Below, in pieces: positions 39,052 to 47,561 of a stretch of 64,000 nucleotides of DNA. The first letter of the stretch is position 1; every line of letters begins with the position of its first letter. The position numbers and the translations under genes are program-made. Source of the stretch: an uncultured Chryseobacterium sp. Lineage in GTDB: Bacteria > Bacteroidota > Bacteroidia > Flavobacteriales_F > PHOS-HE28. The stretch is from NCBI GenBank assembly GCA_964476665.1, contig CAYZBO010000003.1, forward strand, positions 887-64,886, given 5' to 3'. Under the pieces are notes generated by a model. That model did no database searches, was not told the DNA's origin, and was given only the letters and a program-made list of their open reading frames with translations.

Positions 39052-39507
39052 ATGGACCTGCCACAACGGATCGATACGGACATCAAGGCGGCCATGCTCG
39101 CCCGCGAAAAGGAGCGCTTGAACGCCCTGCGGGCCATCAAGAGCGCCATCCTTCTGGAGTTGACCAAGGAGGGTGCCGGCGGCGGGCTGGATGAAGCCAC
39201 GGGGCTGCGCATCCTGCAAAAGATGCACAAGCAACGGATGGAGAGCGCCGCCATCTACCGCGAGCAGGGCAGACCTGAGCTTGCCGCGGAGGAGGATGCC
39301 CAGGCTGCGGTCATCGAGGCTTATCTGCCCCAACGAATGGGTGAAGCTGAGCTGGAGACCACCGTTCGCGCCCTCATCGGCGCCAGCGGTGCCCAGGGTA
39401 TGAAGGATATGGGCCGTGTGATGGGCCTGGCCACCAAAGAGCTCGCTGGAAAGGCGGATGGATCGGCCATTGCGGCCATGGTGCGCAAGTTGCTCGCAGC
39501 CAGCTGA
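39052..39507 (+). CDS. GatB/YqeY domain-containing protein
   Basis: 151-aa helical protein of the YqeY/GatB C-terminal-like family, 4 bp after ftsZ. Confidence 0.8.
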   Translation: MDLPQRIDTDIKAAMLAREKERLNALRAIKSAILLELTKEGAGGGLDEATGLRILQKMHKQRMESAAIYREQGRPELAAEEDAQAAVIEAYLPQRMGEAELETTVRALIGASGAQGMKDMGRVMGLATKELAGKADGSAIAAMVRKLLAAS

Positions 39508-39528
39508 GCATCAGCGGGTAAGTGAGTG

Positions 39529-39561
39529 GAAGGGGTGTCCGGGGGGGCACCCCTTCTTTTT
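39529..39561 (+). terminator. rho-independent terminator closing the dcw operon
   Basis: GAAGGGGTG-tccggggggg-CACCCCTTC, a 9-bp GC-rich stem followed by TTTTT, 22 bp after the yqeY stop. Confidence 0.75.
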
Positions 39562-39653
39562 ATCCCGTCCAGGGCCTGTCCCGCCCCTGTCCACCGTATT
39601 TTCGCCAACTTCGCGGCCAGCCTGTGGCTGGATGCCAACCGATCGCTGAATTG

Positions 39654-40937
39654 ATGCTGCGTTCCCTGTCCCTCCTCGTGTTGTTGCTTCCCGGCCTGCT
39701 GTGGGCTCAACCTGAATGCGATGTGACCCTGGTGGTGACCCCGGTCAGCTGCGCTGGTGAGGCCGATGGGGCCATTTCCGTGATCACTGGCTCGGGTGGG
39801 CCGTTCCTGTACTCCCTTAATGGCAGCTTTCCCCCGGTCAATGTGGGCACCTGGGCCGACCTCGAGGCAGGGGCCTACTCCGTGGTCGTGACCGACACTG
39901 CACAGGCCTCGGAATGCCTTTCGATCATCGACACGCTCATCTTCGAACCGTCCATCTCCATCCTCGGAAATGCCATCTATTGTCCTTCCGACCCGCCTGT
40001 GCTGTCGGTGATCCCGTTCGCCGGGTTCCAAGGCCTGTACTACGCATGGTCCACAGGAGATACAGCCCAGGTGTTATCCCTGCCGCCAGGCTCCGCCGGC
40101 ACCTTCACCGTCAACTCCATTGATGCCAATGGTTGCGAACTGGATGCCGAGGTGGAGGTGGAGGAGCTCCCCAGCCCAACGGCCGTGATGGGTATACCCG
40201 ATACGGCCTGCCAGAACGTACCCGTACAGATCCTCACGGTAGCGACCACCGGTGATTCCATCGTCTGGCGTTGGCAGACCGCCGGCTACAGCAACGCGTT
40301 CAACGACCTGATCAGCTTCACTCAGAGCGGTTACCAACCGATCAGCATCCAGGCCTTTGATACCGCGGATGGGTGCGGAGGATTGCCTGTGCTCGACAGC
40401 ATCTACATCGAAGCCCAGGTGCCCGCGATCTTCTCCGCCACCCAGATCCCCTGCACGACCGAACTGGAGATCCTCCTCGGAAGCGTTGCCGATTCGTGCG
40501 CATTCTTCATCAACGACAGCCTGTATGTGAACGACTGCAGCGGATTCATCCGCTATGATATCGAGCGGTACGACTTCCACACCTTCACCCTCTACGCCAC
40601 GCAGGCCAATGGCTGCAACGACACGCTGGAAGTGATCGTCGATGTGCGTACCGAACCGACCCTTTTCCTGGCCAATGCGTTCACCCCCGACGGTGATGGC
40701 ATCAATGAGTTCTGGCCTGTCAGGGTGGACATCCCGGCATTGGGCTATGAAGTGGTGATCTACGATCGGTGGGGACGCCAGGTCTGGGTCAGTAATGATC
40801 CCCTGGCACAGTGGGACGGCACCCTGAACGGCGACCCCGTGCCCATTGGTGTGTATGCATACACCATGCGACATCGGGACCCCTGTCAGGCGACCGATGA
40901 GATCACCACCACCGGTCACGTGACAGTGATCCGATAG
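39654..40937 (+). CDS. T9SS type-B sorting domain-containing protein (gliding-motility-associated C-terminal domain)
   Basis: Signal peptide MLRSLSLLVLLLPGLLWAQ. The C-terminus carries the hallmark ...FTPDGDGINEFWPV...YDRWGRQVW... of the type-B (CHU_C / TIGR04131-like) CTD. Confidence 0.7.
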   Translation: MLRSLSLLVLLLPGLLWAQPECDVTLVVTPVSCAGEADGAISVITGSGGPFLYSLNGSFPPVNVGTWADLEAGAYSVVVTDTAQASECLSIIDTLIFEPSISILGNAIYCPSDPPVLSVIPFAGFQGLYYAWSTGDTAQVLSLPPGSAGTFTVNSIDANGCELDAEVEVEELPSPTAVMGIPDTACQNVPVQILTVATTGDSIVWRWQTAGYSNAFNDLISFTQSGYQPISIQAFDTADGCGGLPVLDSIYIEAQVPAIFSATQIPCTTELEILLGSVADSCAFFINDSLYVNDCSGFIRYDIERYDFHTFTLYATQANGCNDTLEVIVDVRTEPTLFLANAFTPDGDGINEFWPVRVDIPALGYEVVIYDRWGRQVWVSNDPLAQWDGTLNGDPVPIGVYAYTMRHRDPCQATDEITTTGHVTVIR

Positions 40938-40959
40938 CACGGCTGCGGCCGTTCGGTCC

Positions 40960-43155
40960 ATGGGCAAGGACCTTCACATACAACGCAGCTTTCCCGTGGA
41001 GGGAATGACCTGTGCCAGCTGTGTGCTCGGTGTGGAGCAGGCATTGGCCACTGTACCGGGTGTCGCCCGGGTGCGGGTGAACCTTGCCGACCATAGTGCC
41101 ACGGTGGTGCTCGATGACCCTGCAGTGGAGAACGGCCAACTGCGACAAGCCGTGCGCAAGGCCGGTTACGACCTGGTCATCACCGATGCCATGGACCTCA
41201 TGGCGGCCCTGGAGAAGGCGCAGGAGGCACGGATGCGCGATCTGCGGCTGCGGTTCATTGTCGCTGCGGCATTGACCCTGCCGCTCGTGGTAGTTGCCAT
41301 GTTCCTGCCGCACGGCCCGATCACGCGCTGGGCCCAGTTGGTCCTTGCCGCTCCGGTCATCCTGGGTACCGGCTTCCCCTTCTTCCGCAATGCGTGGCGG
41401 CAGGCCCGGCATGGGCAGGCCAACATGGACAGCCTCGTGGCCCTGAGCTCAAGCGCAGCCTTCCTCTACAGCCTATACCAGCTCCTCGGCTCGACCGATG
41501 GGCATGGCCACCTCCATTTCGAGTCGGCCGCCGTGGTGATCACCTTCGTCTGGCTGGGACGGTACCTCGAGGGGCGTGCCAAGACCAGCGCCGGAGGTGC
41601 CATCCGGAAGCTCATGGGCATGAGGCCCGATCGGGTGCTGCGGATCGGCCCGGACGGGCGTGTGCGGGAAGTGCCCCTGACCGATGTGGTGCCCGGTGAC
41701 GAAGTACAGGTGCGAGCGGGTGAGCGTGTGGCGGTGGATGGTACCGTGCTGGATGGTGCTGCGGCCGTGGATGAATCGATGTTCACGGGCGAGCCGATAC
41801 CCGTGGAGCGCCTGCCTGGCATGCGGGTATTGGCCGGATCCATGGTGCAGCAGGGTGGACTTCGGATACGGACGGCCCAGGTGGGCGCGGGTACCTACCT
41901 GTCGCGTGTGGCCAGGGCGGTTCAGGAAGCACAGGGCAGCAAGGCTCCGGTGCAGCTGCTCGTGGATCGCGTGGCCGCGCGCTTCGTGCCCGCCGTGCTC
42001 GCCATCGCATTGCTTGCCGCCGCCGCTTGGTGGCTGCTGGGAGGGCCGACCGGCGCAGAGCGCGGGCTGCAGGCGTTCATCACCGTCCTCATCATTGCCT
42101 GCCCATGCGCGTTGGGGCTCGCCACGCCCACCGCGATCATGGCCGGTATCGGCAAAGGTGCGGAACAGGGTATCCTGATCAGGGGGGCTGACAGCCTTGA
42201 GCGCGCACATCGGGTGAATGCAGTAGTGCTCGATAAGACCGGGACGCTCACTGTCGGCCGCCCACGCGTGGTGGAGCGATGGAGCGTGCTCTCCGATCGT
42301 GAGCTGGCTATCATGGCCGCATTGGAGCAGCGCAGCACGCATCCATTGGCGGTCGCTCTGGTGGAGGCGCTCCCCACAACGGATGGGTCATTCTTGCTGG
42401 AACGTGTCAGTGAGGTTCCTGGCGAAGGCATGCACGCGCTCTGCGAAGGACGCTCGTGGACCATCGGTAACAGACGTGCATTGGAATCCGCTGGTATCCG
42501 CATCGAGCGGGAGCGGAGCATGCTGGAGCGCACCTGGCAGGAGGCCGGCCGCAGTACGGTCTGGGTGGCGGTGGACGGGCAGGTCCGCGGACTCTTCGCG
42601 CTGGAGGATGTCGTTCGCGGCTCGGCACGGGGCGCGATCGCAGCCATGGAGCAGGCCGGGCTCACCGTCTACATGCAGACCGGTGACGGGCAGCGGGTGG
42701 CCCGCAGCGTGGCTTCCGCAGTGGGCATCGCACAGCTCCGGGCGGAGGTCTCTCCCAAGGACAAGGCCGCCTTCGTCCGCGGATTGCAGGCCAAGGGTGA
42801 TGTGGTGGCGATGGTGGGGGATGGGGTGAACGATGCCGAGGCGCTCGCTGTGGCGGATGTGAGTTTCGCCATGGGCCAGGGAAGTGACGTGGCCATGGGC
42901 ATAGCGCACATCACGGTCCTCGGCGGCGATCTCGATGCGCTGCCCAAGGCGATCATCCTCTCCCGTCGCACCATGGCGACGATCCGACAGAACCTGTTCT
43001 GGGCCTTCGTCTACAATGTGGTCAGCATCCCGGTGGCTGCCGGTGTGCTGCAGCCGGTGCTGGGCTTCACACTGGACCCCGTATGGGCCGGGATGGCCAT
43101 GGCCTTCAGCAGCGTCAGCGTGGTGCTCAACAGCCTGCGCCTCCGCATGGGTTGA
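40960..43155 (+). CDS. copA: heavy-metal (Cu+) translocating P1B-type ATPase
   Basis: N-terminal HMA domain GMTCASCV, CPC transmembrane motif (IIACPCALGLA), DKTGT phosphorylation site and GDGVND hinge. Confidence 0.9.
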   Translation: MGKDLHIQRSFPVEGMTCASCVLGVEQALATVPGVARVRVNLADHSATVVLDDPAVENGQLRQAVRKAGYDLVITDAMDLMAALEKAQEARMRDLRLRFIVAAALTLPLVVVAMFLPHGPITRWAQLVLAAPVILGTGFPFFRNAWRQARHGQANMDSLVALSSSAAFLYSLYQLLGSTDGHGHLHFESAAVVITFVWLGRYLEGRAKTSAGGAIRKLMGMRPDRVLRIGPDGRVREVPLTDVVPGDEVQVRAGERVAVDGTVLDGAAAVDESMFTGEPIPVERLPGMRVLAGSMVQQGGLRIRTAQVGAGTYLSRVARAVQEAQGSKAPVQLLVDRVAARFVPAVLAIALLAAAAWWLLGGPTGAERGLQAFITVLIIACPCALGLATPTAIMAGIGKGAEQGILIRGADSLERAHRVNAVVLDKTGTLTVGRPRVVERWSVLSDRELAIMAALEQRSTHPLAVALVEALPTTDGSFLLERVSEVPGEGMHALCEGRSWTIGNRRALESAGIRIERERSMLERTWQEAGRSTVWVAVDGQVRGLFALEDVVRGSARGAIAAMEQAGLTVYMQTGDGQRVARSVASAVGIAQLRAEVSPKDKAAFVRGLQAKGDVVAMVGDGVNDAEALAVADVSFAMGQGSDVAMGIAHITVLGGDLDALPKAIILSRRTMATIRQNLFWAFVYNVVSIPVAAGVLQPVLGFTLDPVWAGMAMAFSSVSVVLNSLRLRMG

Positions 43156-43157
43156 CC

Positions 43158-44252
43158 CTACTCGCAGGCAGGCCCCAGGCTTTGGATCCAATCCGCCAGC
43201 AGCGCCGCACCCTGCTCGTCCACGATGCTCCGCCCGATCAAGGGCATTCGTATGGCCTCCTCATTGGTGGTGAGCCGGTGGTACATCGCCGAACGCCCCA
43301 GGTTGCCACGCGCCACCAGGTGTGAATAAGGCTCGATCGGCTCCTCCGGAACAACGCAGACCCCAAGGTTCACCGGGTCCTCCGTGCGCTCGTATGCCAG
43401 GCGGATGGCCCGGTAGGAACAACTGCGCCCCTCGTCGTGGCAGTGCGCGCAATTGATGTCCAGATACGAGCGTACACGCTGTTCCAGGTTCTCGGTGGTG
43501 TCGTCCCAGCGCACCAGCGTCAGAAAGTCCTTCGGATAGCCCGGCTGCAGGAAGCCATGGGCCACCCACTGCGCCAACTGATTGTTCGGTCCCGTACCAT
43601 ACCACAGCGGTCCGTTCAAGTTCTGCGGCTCCGGCCCGATCGGTGCGTTCGCACCATACTTCCGATGGCAGCTTTGGCATTCCACCAGGGAGGGGATGCG
43701 GTACTGGATGGAACGTGGATCACCTTCCTCATCGGTCCAGCTCACAGGTATCGTGCTGCCTGTAAGGTCCAGGTATGCCTCGCTCTGTTCGCTGTTCCAT
43801 ACATAGTTCGCGATCTCCCACTGTCCGGCACGTTTGAAGAGCATCCGCGTTTCGATGATCCGCCGACCACCTCCGGCAAGTGCTTTGTCGTAGTAGAAGT
43901 TCTTCAGCAACACGGCCCCGTTCGGAAAGTCGAGGACCTCGTGCGCACCATTGAAACGTGCCTTCCTGCCAGACGGCATCCACACAAAGCGCGCCTTGTG
44001 CGCCTCATCGGTGAACAACGGGGTGATGGGCGCGAAAGGCAGCACCTCTGCCACCGGTTCCATGGCGGCCAGCTTGCCCGCAAAGAACCCATATTCGGAG
44101 AGCGTGTTGTAGGGCACCTCATCCAGGTCGAAGTTGACCTTTGTGCCACCGACAGGGATCGGAGCAACGCCTTCATCCAAACGCTCCTTGCGACATGCAA
44201 TGAGCGTGGCGAGCAGGATCAGCAGGGTGAGGAAGTGACGGGAAGGTGACAT
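43158..44252 (-). CDS. lipoprotein with two conserved CXXCH heme-c binding motifs (putative di-heme c-type cytochrome, family unassigned), cassette copy 1
   Basis: Lipobox LIAC after the signal peptide. CQSCH at ~aa 193 and CAHCH at ~aa 277. ~55% identical to the paralog at 46379-47512, with both motifs conserved. Confidence 0.6.
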   Translation of the reverse strand: MSPSRHFLTLLILLATLIACRKERLDEGVAPIPVGGTKVNFDLDEVPYNTLSEYGFFAGKLAAMEPVAEVLPFAPITPLFTDEAHKARFVWMPSGRKARFNGAHEVLDFPNGAVLLKNFYYDKALAGGGRRIIETRMLFKRAGQWEIANYVWNSEQSEAYLDLTGSTIPVSWTDEEGDPRSIQYRIPSLVECQSCHRKYGANAPIGPEPQNLNGPLWYGTGPNNQLAQWVAHGFLQPGYPKDFLTLVRWDDTTENLEQRVRSYLDINCAHCHDEGRSCSYRAIRLAYERTEDPVNLGVCVVPEEPIEPYSHLVARGNLGRSAMYHRLTTNEEAIRMPLIGRSIVDEQGAALLADWIQSLGPACE

Positions 44253-44360
44253 GGTCGCTCTGATACGGGTGGTGAATACGTGGCCATCGGCGCTGGTCCC
44301 CCAAAGTAACGAAGGTCCGGCCCTGAGGACCGGACCTTCGTCATGGACATGATCGGAACC

Positions 44361-46346
44361 TTATTCCTTGGTGAAGCTGCGCTGGGTGGTGCCGTTGGGG
44401 GTGAACACCTGCAGGACGTAAGCGCCGGGTGTCAGTGCACGCACGTCAAGCCGCTCATTGAGCACGCTGCCCCGCAGCACCAGCCGACCTGTTGCATCAA
44501 GCACACGGACCGGCACCTGACCATTGCCCAGTCCGGAAATGGTGAGAACATCCTGCGCCGGCACCGGGAACAGGCGCAGCTGCGACTCGCTGGCGTCAGA
44601 GAGACCGGTGGATACACCTTCCACGATCACCTCCGTCGTGTTCACTGCGATGCCTTCCAGCACGTCCACGATGCCCGAGGGCCAGCGGACCGTTACGGCC
44701 GTGATCTCGGTCTCCTCGCCCAGACCGAAGTGGGCGGTCATGGTGCTCATGTATCGGAAGCCATCACCGCTGCGCACTTCGCGCGTGAACGTGCCGCTGG
44801 GCGTTTCAACCGTAATGCGCGCGCCGATGCCATTGCTGTTGCTCAACACCCCCACCGTGGCGATCTTCAGCCAGTTGTTGTCGTTGCCCGCGTTCCTGCG
44901 GATGGTGCCCGAGGTGTACACGTCGAGGAACCCATCGTTGTTCAGGTCGCCGATGGGGCCGTTGCCGGGGGAGGTGCCGTTGGGAACGAAGGTCATGTCA
45001 CCCATGTTCATCAGCAGGCCACCGCCACCAAGGATGTCGAGGTAACCGTTGTTGTCGAAGTCATGGGTGGTCCATTCGATGCTCTGACCGGTGAACAGGT
45101 CGATGCCTGAACCCGCCGTGATGTTCGTGAAGGTGCCGTCGCCATTGTTCTCAAGCAGCTTGTGGTAGCCGCTGCTGCTGGCGCCGATGAGCACGTCCAT
45201 ATCCCCATCGTTGTCAAAGTCGCCCCAGGCACTGCTCCAGCTCTGGTGATTGTCCGCCATGCCCAGTTCGGGAGCAACGTTGGTGAAGGTGCCATCCCCA
45301 TTGTTGCGCATCAACAGGTCCACCGGGTCGCAGCCACACTTGGCCACGAACAGGTCGATATCGCCGTCGTTGTCATGATCGGTCCAGATGGAACCATAGT
45401 TGCCACAGGTGAGACCGAGCAGTCCCTGGTTGAAGGTGAGGTTGCCGTTGCCGTCATTAAAGAAGGCGACATTGGCATCCACATCGTGGCATACGAAGGC
45501 GTCCAGGTTGCCATCATTGTTGATGTCCACCATGTTGGTCCGCTGGCTGAAGATGTAGTTCGGGAAGGACACCTCTGTGAAGCCCGTGCCCGTGTTGTTG
45601 GCCATCATGAAGGTGGAGCCGCTGCCACCGCCATAGAGCAGGTCGTTGTACCCATTGCCATCGATGTCGCCGGCAGCAATGCTCCAGGAAGCCGTGTGGT
45701 CAGCAGGGGTGGTGATGATGTTCACGGATTGGAACGTGCCGTTGGCCTGCTGGTACAGGATGTTCACATTGCTGGTGCTCGTGCCCACGATGTCGTCCAG
45801 CTGGTCATTGTTCATGTCCACCACGCAGTAACCGCTGCCGCTCACACCCTGGGTAACGTTGGTGAAGGAGATGATCGACGGCGGAGGGGGCGGAGGCGGG
45901 GGGGCAGGCTGAACGAACGCCAACTCGAAACTGAAGCCTGCGGTGGTCCAGCGGTTGTCAAAACCGATGGTGTAGGTCTGTCCGGCGGTCACCGGAAAGG
46001 TCACCAGCGAGGTCAGGTTCGATCCGCTGTCATCATCCCCGGCCAGGCAGCTGAGGCTGCCGCAGGTGCCCGTGTAAACGTGCACCCGGGTATCCACCCA
46101 ACTGGTGCCTGGAACATCCGTGTTGAGGCGCATCGTGGTGTCCACCGTCGCGGTGTAGGTGAACCATTCCGCCATGCTCCCCGGGTTGCCATTGGTGGCG
46201 CAGGTCACGGGCAGTGGCTCGGTACCATTCACCGCATCCACCACATGCACCCCGATGCCAACGTTCAGCGCCGTGGCGCACGTGTTCTGGCCGTAAGTAT
46301 GGTACGAGAGCGATAAGAGCGTGAAGGAGAGCAGGGTTGAACGCAT
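44361..46346 (-). CDS. FG-GAP/VCBS-repeat beta-propeller protein with ASPIC/UnbV domain and T9SS C-terminal sorting domain, cassette copy 1
   Basis: Signal peptide. N-terminal Cys-pair beta-sandwich-like domain followed by a poly-Pro linker. Multiple DxDxDGxxD / FG-GAP-like repeats (DINNDGNLD, DHDNDGDID, DFDNDGDMD...). UnbV_ASPIC signature ARITVETPSGTFTREVRSGDGFRYMSTMTAHFGLG. C-terminal T9SS CTD (...LRLFPVPAQD...YVLQVFTPNG...). Confidence 0.8.
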   Translation of the reverse strand: MRSTLLSFTLLSLSYHTYGQNTCATALNVGIGVHVVDAVNGTEPLPVTCATNGNPGSMAEWFTYTATVDTTMRLNTDVPGTSWVDTRVHVYTGTCGSLSCLAGDDDSGSNLTSLVTFPVTAGQTYTIGFDNRWTTAGFSFELAFVQPAPPPPPPPPSIISFTNVTQGVSGSGYCVVDMNNDQLDDIVGTSTSNVNILYQQANGTFQSVNIITTPADHTASWSIAAGDIDGNGYNDLLYGGGSGSTFMMANNTGTGFTEVSFPNYIFSQRTNMVDINNDGNLDAFVCHDVDANVAFFNDGNGNLTFNQGLLGLTCGNYGSIWTDHDNDGDIDLFVAKCGCDPVDLLMRNNGDGTFTNVAPELGMADNHQSWSSAWGDFDNDGDMDVLIGASSSGYHKLLENNGDGTFTNITAGSGIDLFTGQSIEWTTHDFDNNGYLDILGGGGLLMNMGDMTFVPNGTSPGNGPIGDLNNDGFLDVYTSGTIRRNAGNDNNWLKIATVGVLSNSNGIGARITVETPSGTFTREVRSGDGFRYMSTMTAHFGLGEETEITAVTVRWPSGIVDVLEGIAVNTTEVIVEGVSTGLSDASESQLRLFPVPAQDVLTISGLGNGQVPVRVLDATGRLVLRGSVLNERLDVRALTPGAYVLQVFTPNGTTQRSFTKE

Positions 46347-46378
46347 GGGCTTTCAGGGTGACTGGTTTTCGGTTGGTT

Positions 46379-47512
46379 CTAGGGACAGGTGCCTGGGAGG
46401 CTGGCGATCCATTCGCGGATCATTTCCGCTCCTTCGTCATGGGCAATGGTCCGCCCCAACAGGGGCATGCGGACCGTCTCATCCGTGGAGGTGAGCCGGA
46501 AGTGCATCATGGACCGTCCCGGATTGCCCCGGGCCACGATCTCCGTGTATTCCGGAGCGATGGGGTCATCTGGCGGAACGCACACACCAAGGTTCACAAG
46601 GTCCTCGCTCTCGTTGTAGGCGAAGCGCATGGGCCTGTAGTTGCAATGGCGCTCGTCCGCATGGCAGTGGGCGCAGTTCATGTCGAGATAACTACGTACC
46701 CGCAGGTCCAGTGGTTGGGTCGCGTCGTCCCAGCGCACGGTCGTCATGATGTTCGACGGGTACCCGCTCTGCAGGTAACCCACCTCCACCCATTTCTCCA
46801 GCTGGTTCCGCACACCGTCCTGGTAGGCCAGGTCCGCGTTCAGGTTCTGGGGCTTCGGACCGATGGGGATGGGGTCGAAGTTGACCTTGTGGCACGTCTG
46901 GCACTCGGCCGCACTGGGTATCCTGTACAGGATATTGCGCTGCTCACCGTTCTGGTCCACCCACGATACAGGCGTGTTGCTGCCGTTCAGGTCCAGGTAG
47001 GCTTCCGTTTGCTCCGCGTTCCACACATAATCAGCGAAGTACCAGCTGCCGTTCCGCTTGAAGAGCAGTCGGGTCTCAAGGATCCGCCGCTCATCGTTGG
47101 GCAGCACATGGTCATAGTAGAAGGTCTTGATGAGCACCGCTCCATCCGGAAAGTCCAGTACCTGATGATCGCCGGCATAGGTGGCCTTCACCCCGCTCGG
47201 CATCCACACGAAGCGTTTTTTCTTCGCATAGTCCGAAAAGAGCGATGTGATGGGCTCATACGGCAGCACTCCGGCATTCGGCGCCTGCTCCTTCAACGCA
47301 CCGGTGAAGAAGCGGTAGGCGGACAAGGTCTGGTAGGGTGCCAGGGTCGCATCAAAGTAAATGCCATCCCCTGCCGGCGGCGTGGGCAGCACAGGTGCAG
47401 GCGTCTCGGGTTCCGGCTCACGCTCCTTCCTGCAGCCCGGCGCAAGCAGAAGGCCGGTCAGCACCAAGGGTAGAAGGCGCAGCTTGCCAACGGGGTGCAC
47501 TCCAGATCGCAT
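46379..47512 (-). CDS. lipoprotein with two conserved CXXCH heme-c binding motifs, cassette copy 2
   Basis: Start MRSGVHPVGKLRLLPLVLTGLLLAPGC (the track ORF is extended to 47620). Carries CQTCH and CAHCH, and is collinear with 43158-44252. Confidence 0.6.
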   Translation of the reverse strand: MRSGVHPVGKLRLLPLVLTGLLLAPGCRKEREPEPETPAPVLPTPPAGDGIYFDATLAPYQTLSAYRFFTGALKEQAPNAGVLPYEPITSLFSDYAKKKRFVWMPSGVKATYAGDHQVLDFPDGAVLIKTFYYDHVLPNDERRILETRLLFKRNGSWYFADYVWNAEQTEAYLDLNGSNTPVSWVDQNGEQRNILYRIPSAAECQTCHKVNFDPIPIGPKPQNLNADLAYQDGVRNQLEKWVEVGYLQSGYPSNIMTTVRWDDATQPLDLRVRSYLDMNCAHCHADERHCNYRPMRFAYNESEDLVNLGVCVPPDDPIAPEYTEIVARGNPGRSMMHFRLTSTDETVRMPLLGRTIAHDEGAEMIREWIASLPGTCP

Positions 47513-47561
47513 GGTCGTTCGTAAGACGTTCAAGGGCGTTGATGCGGTTGCCTGAACCTGC

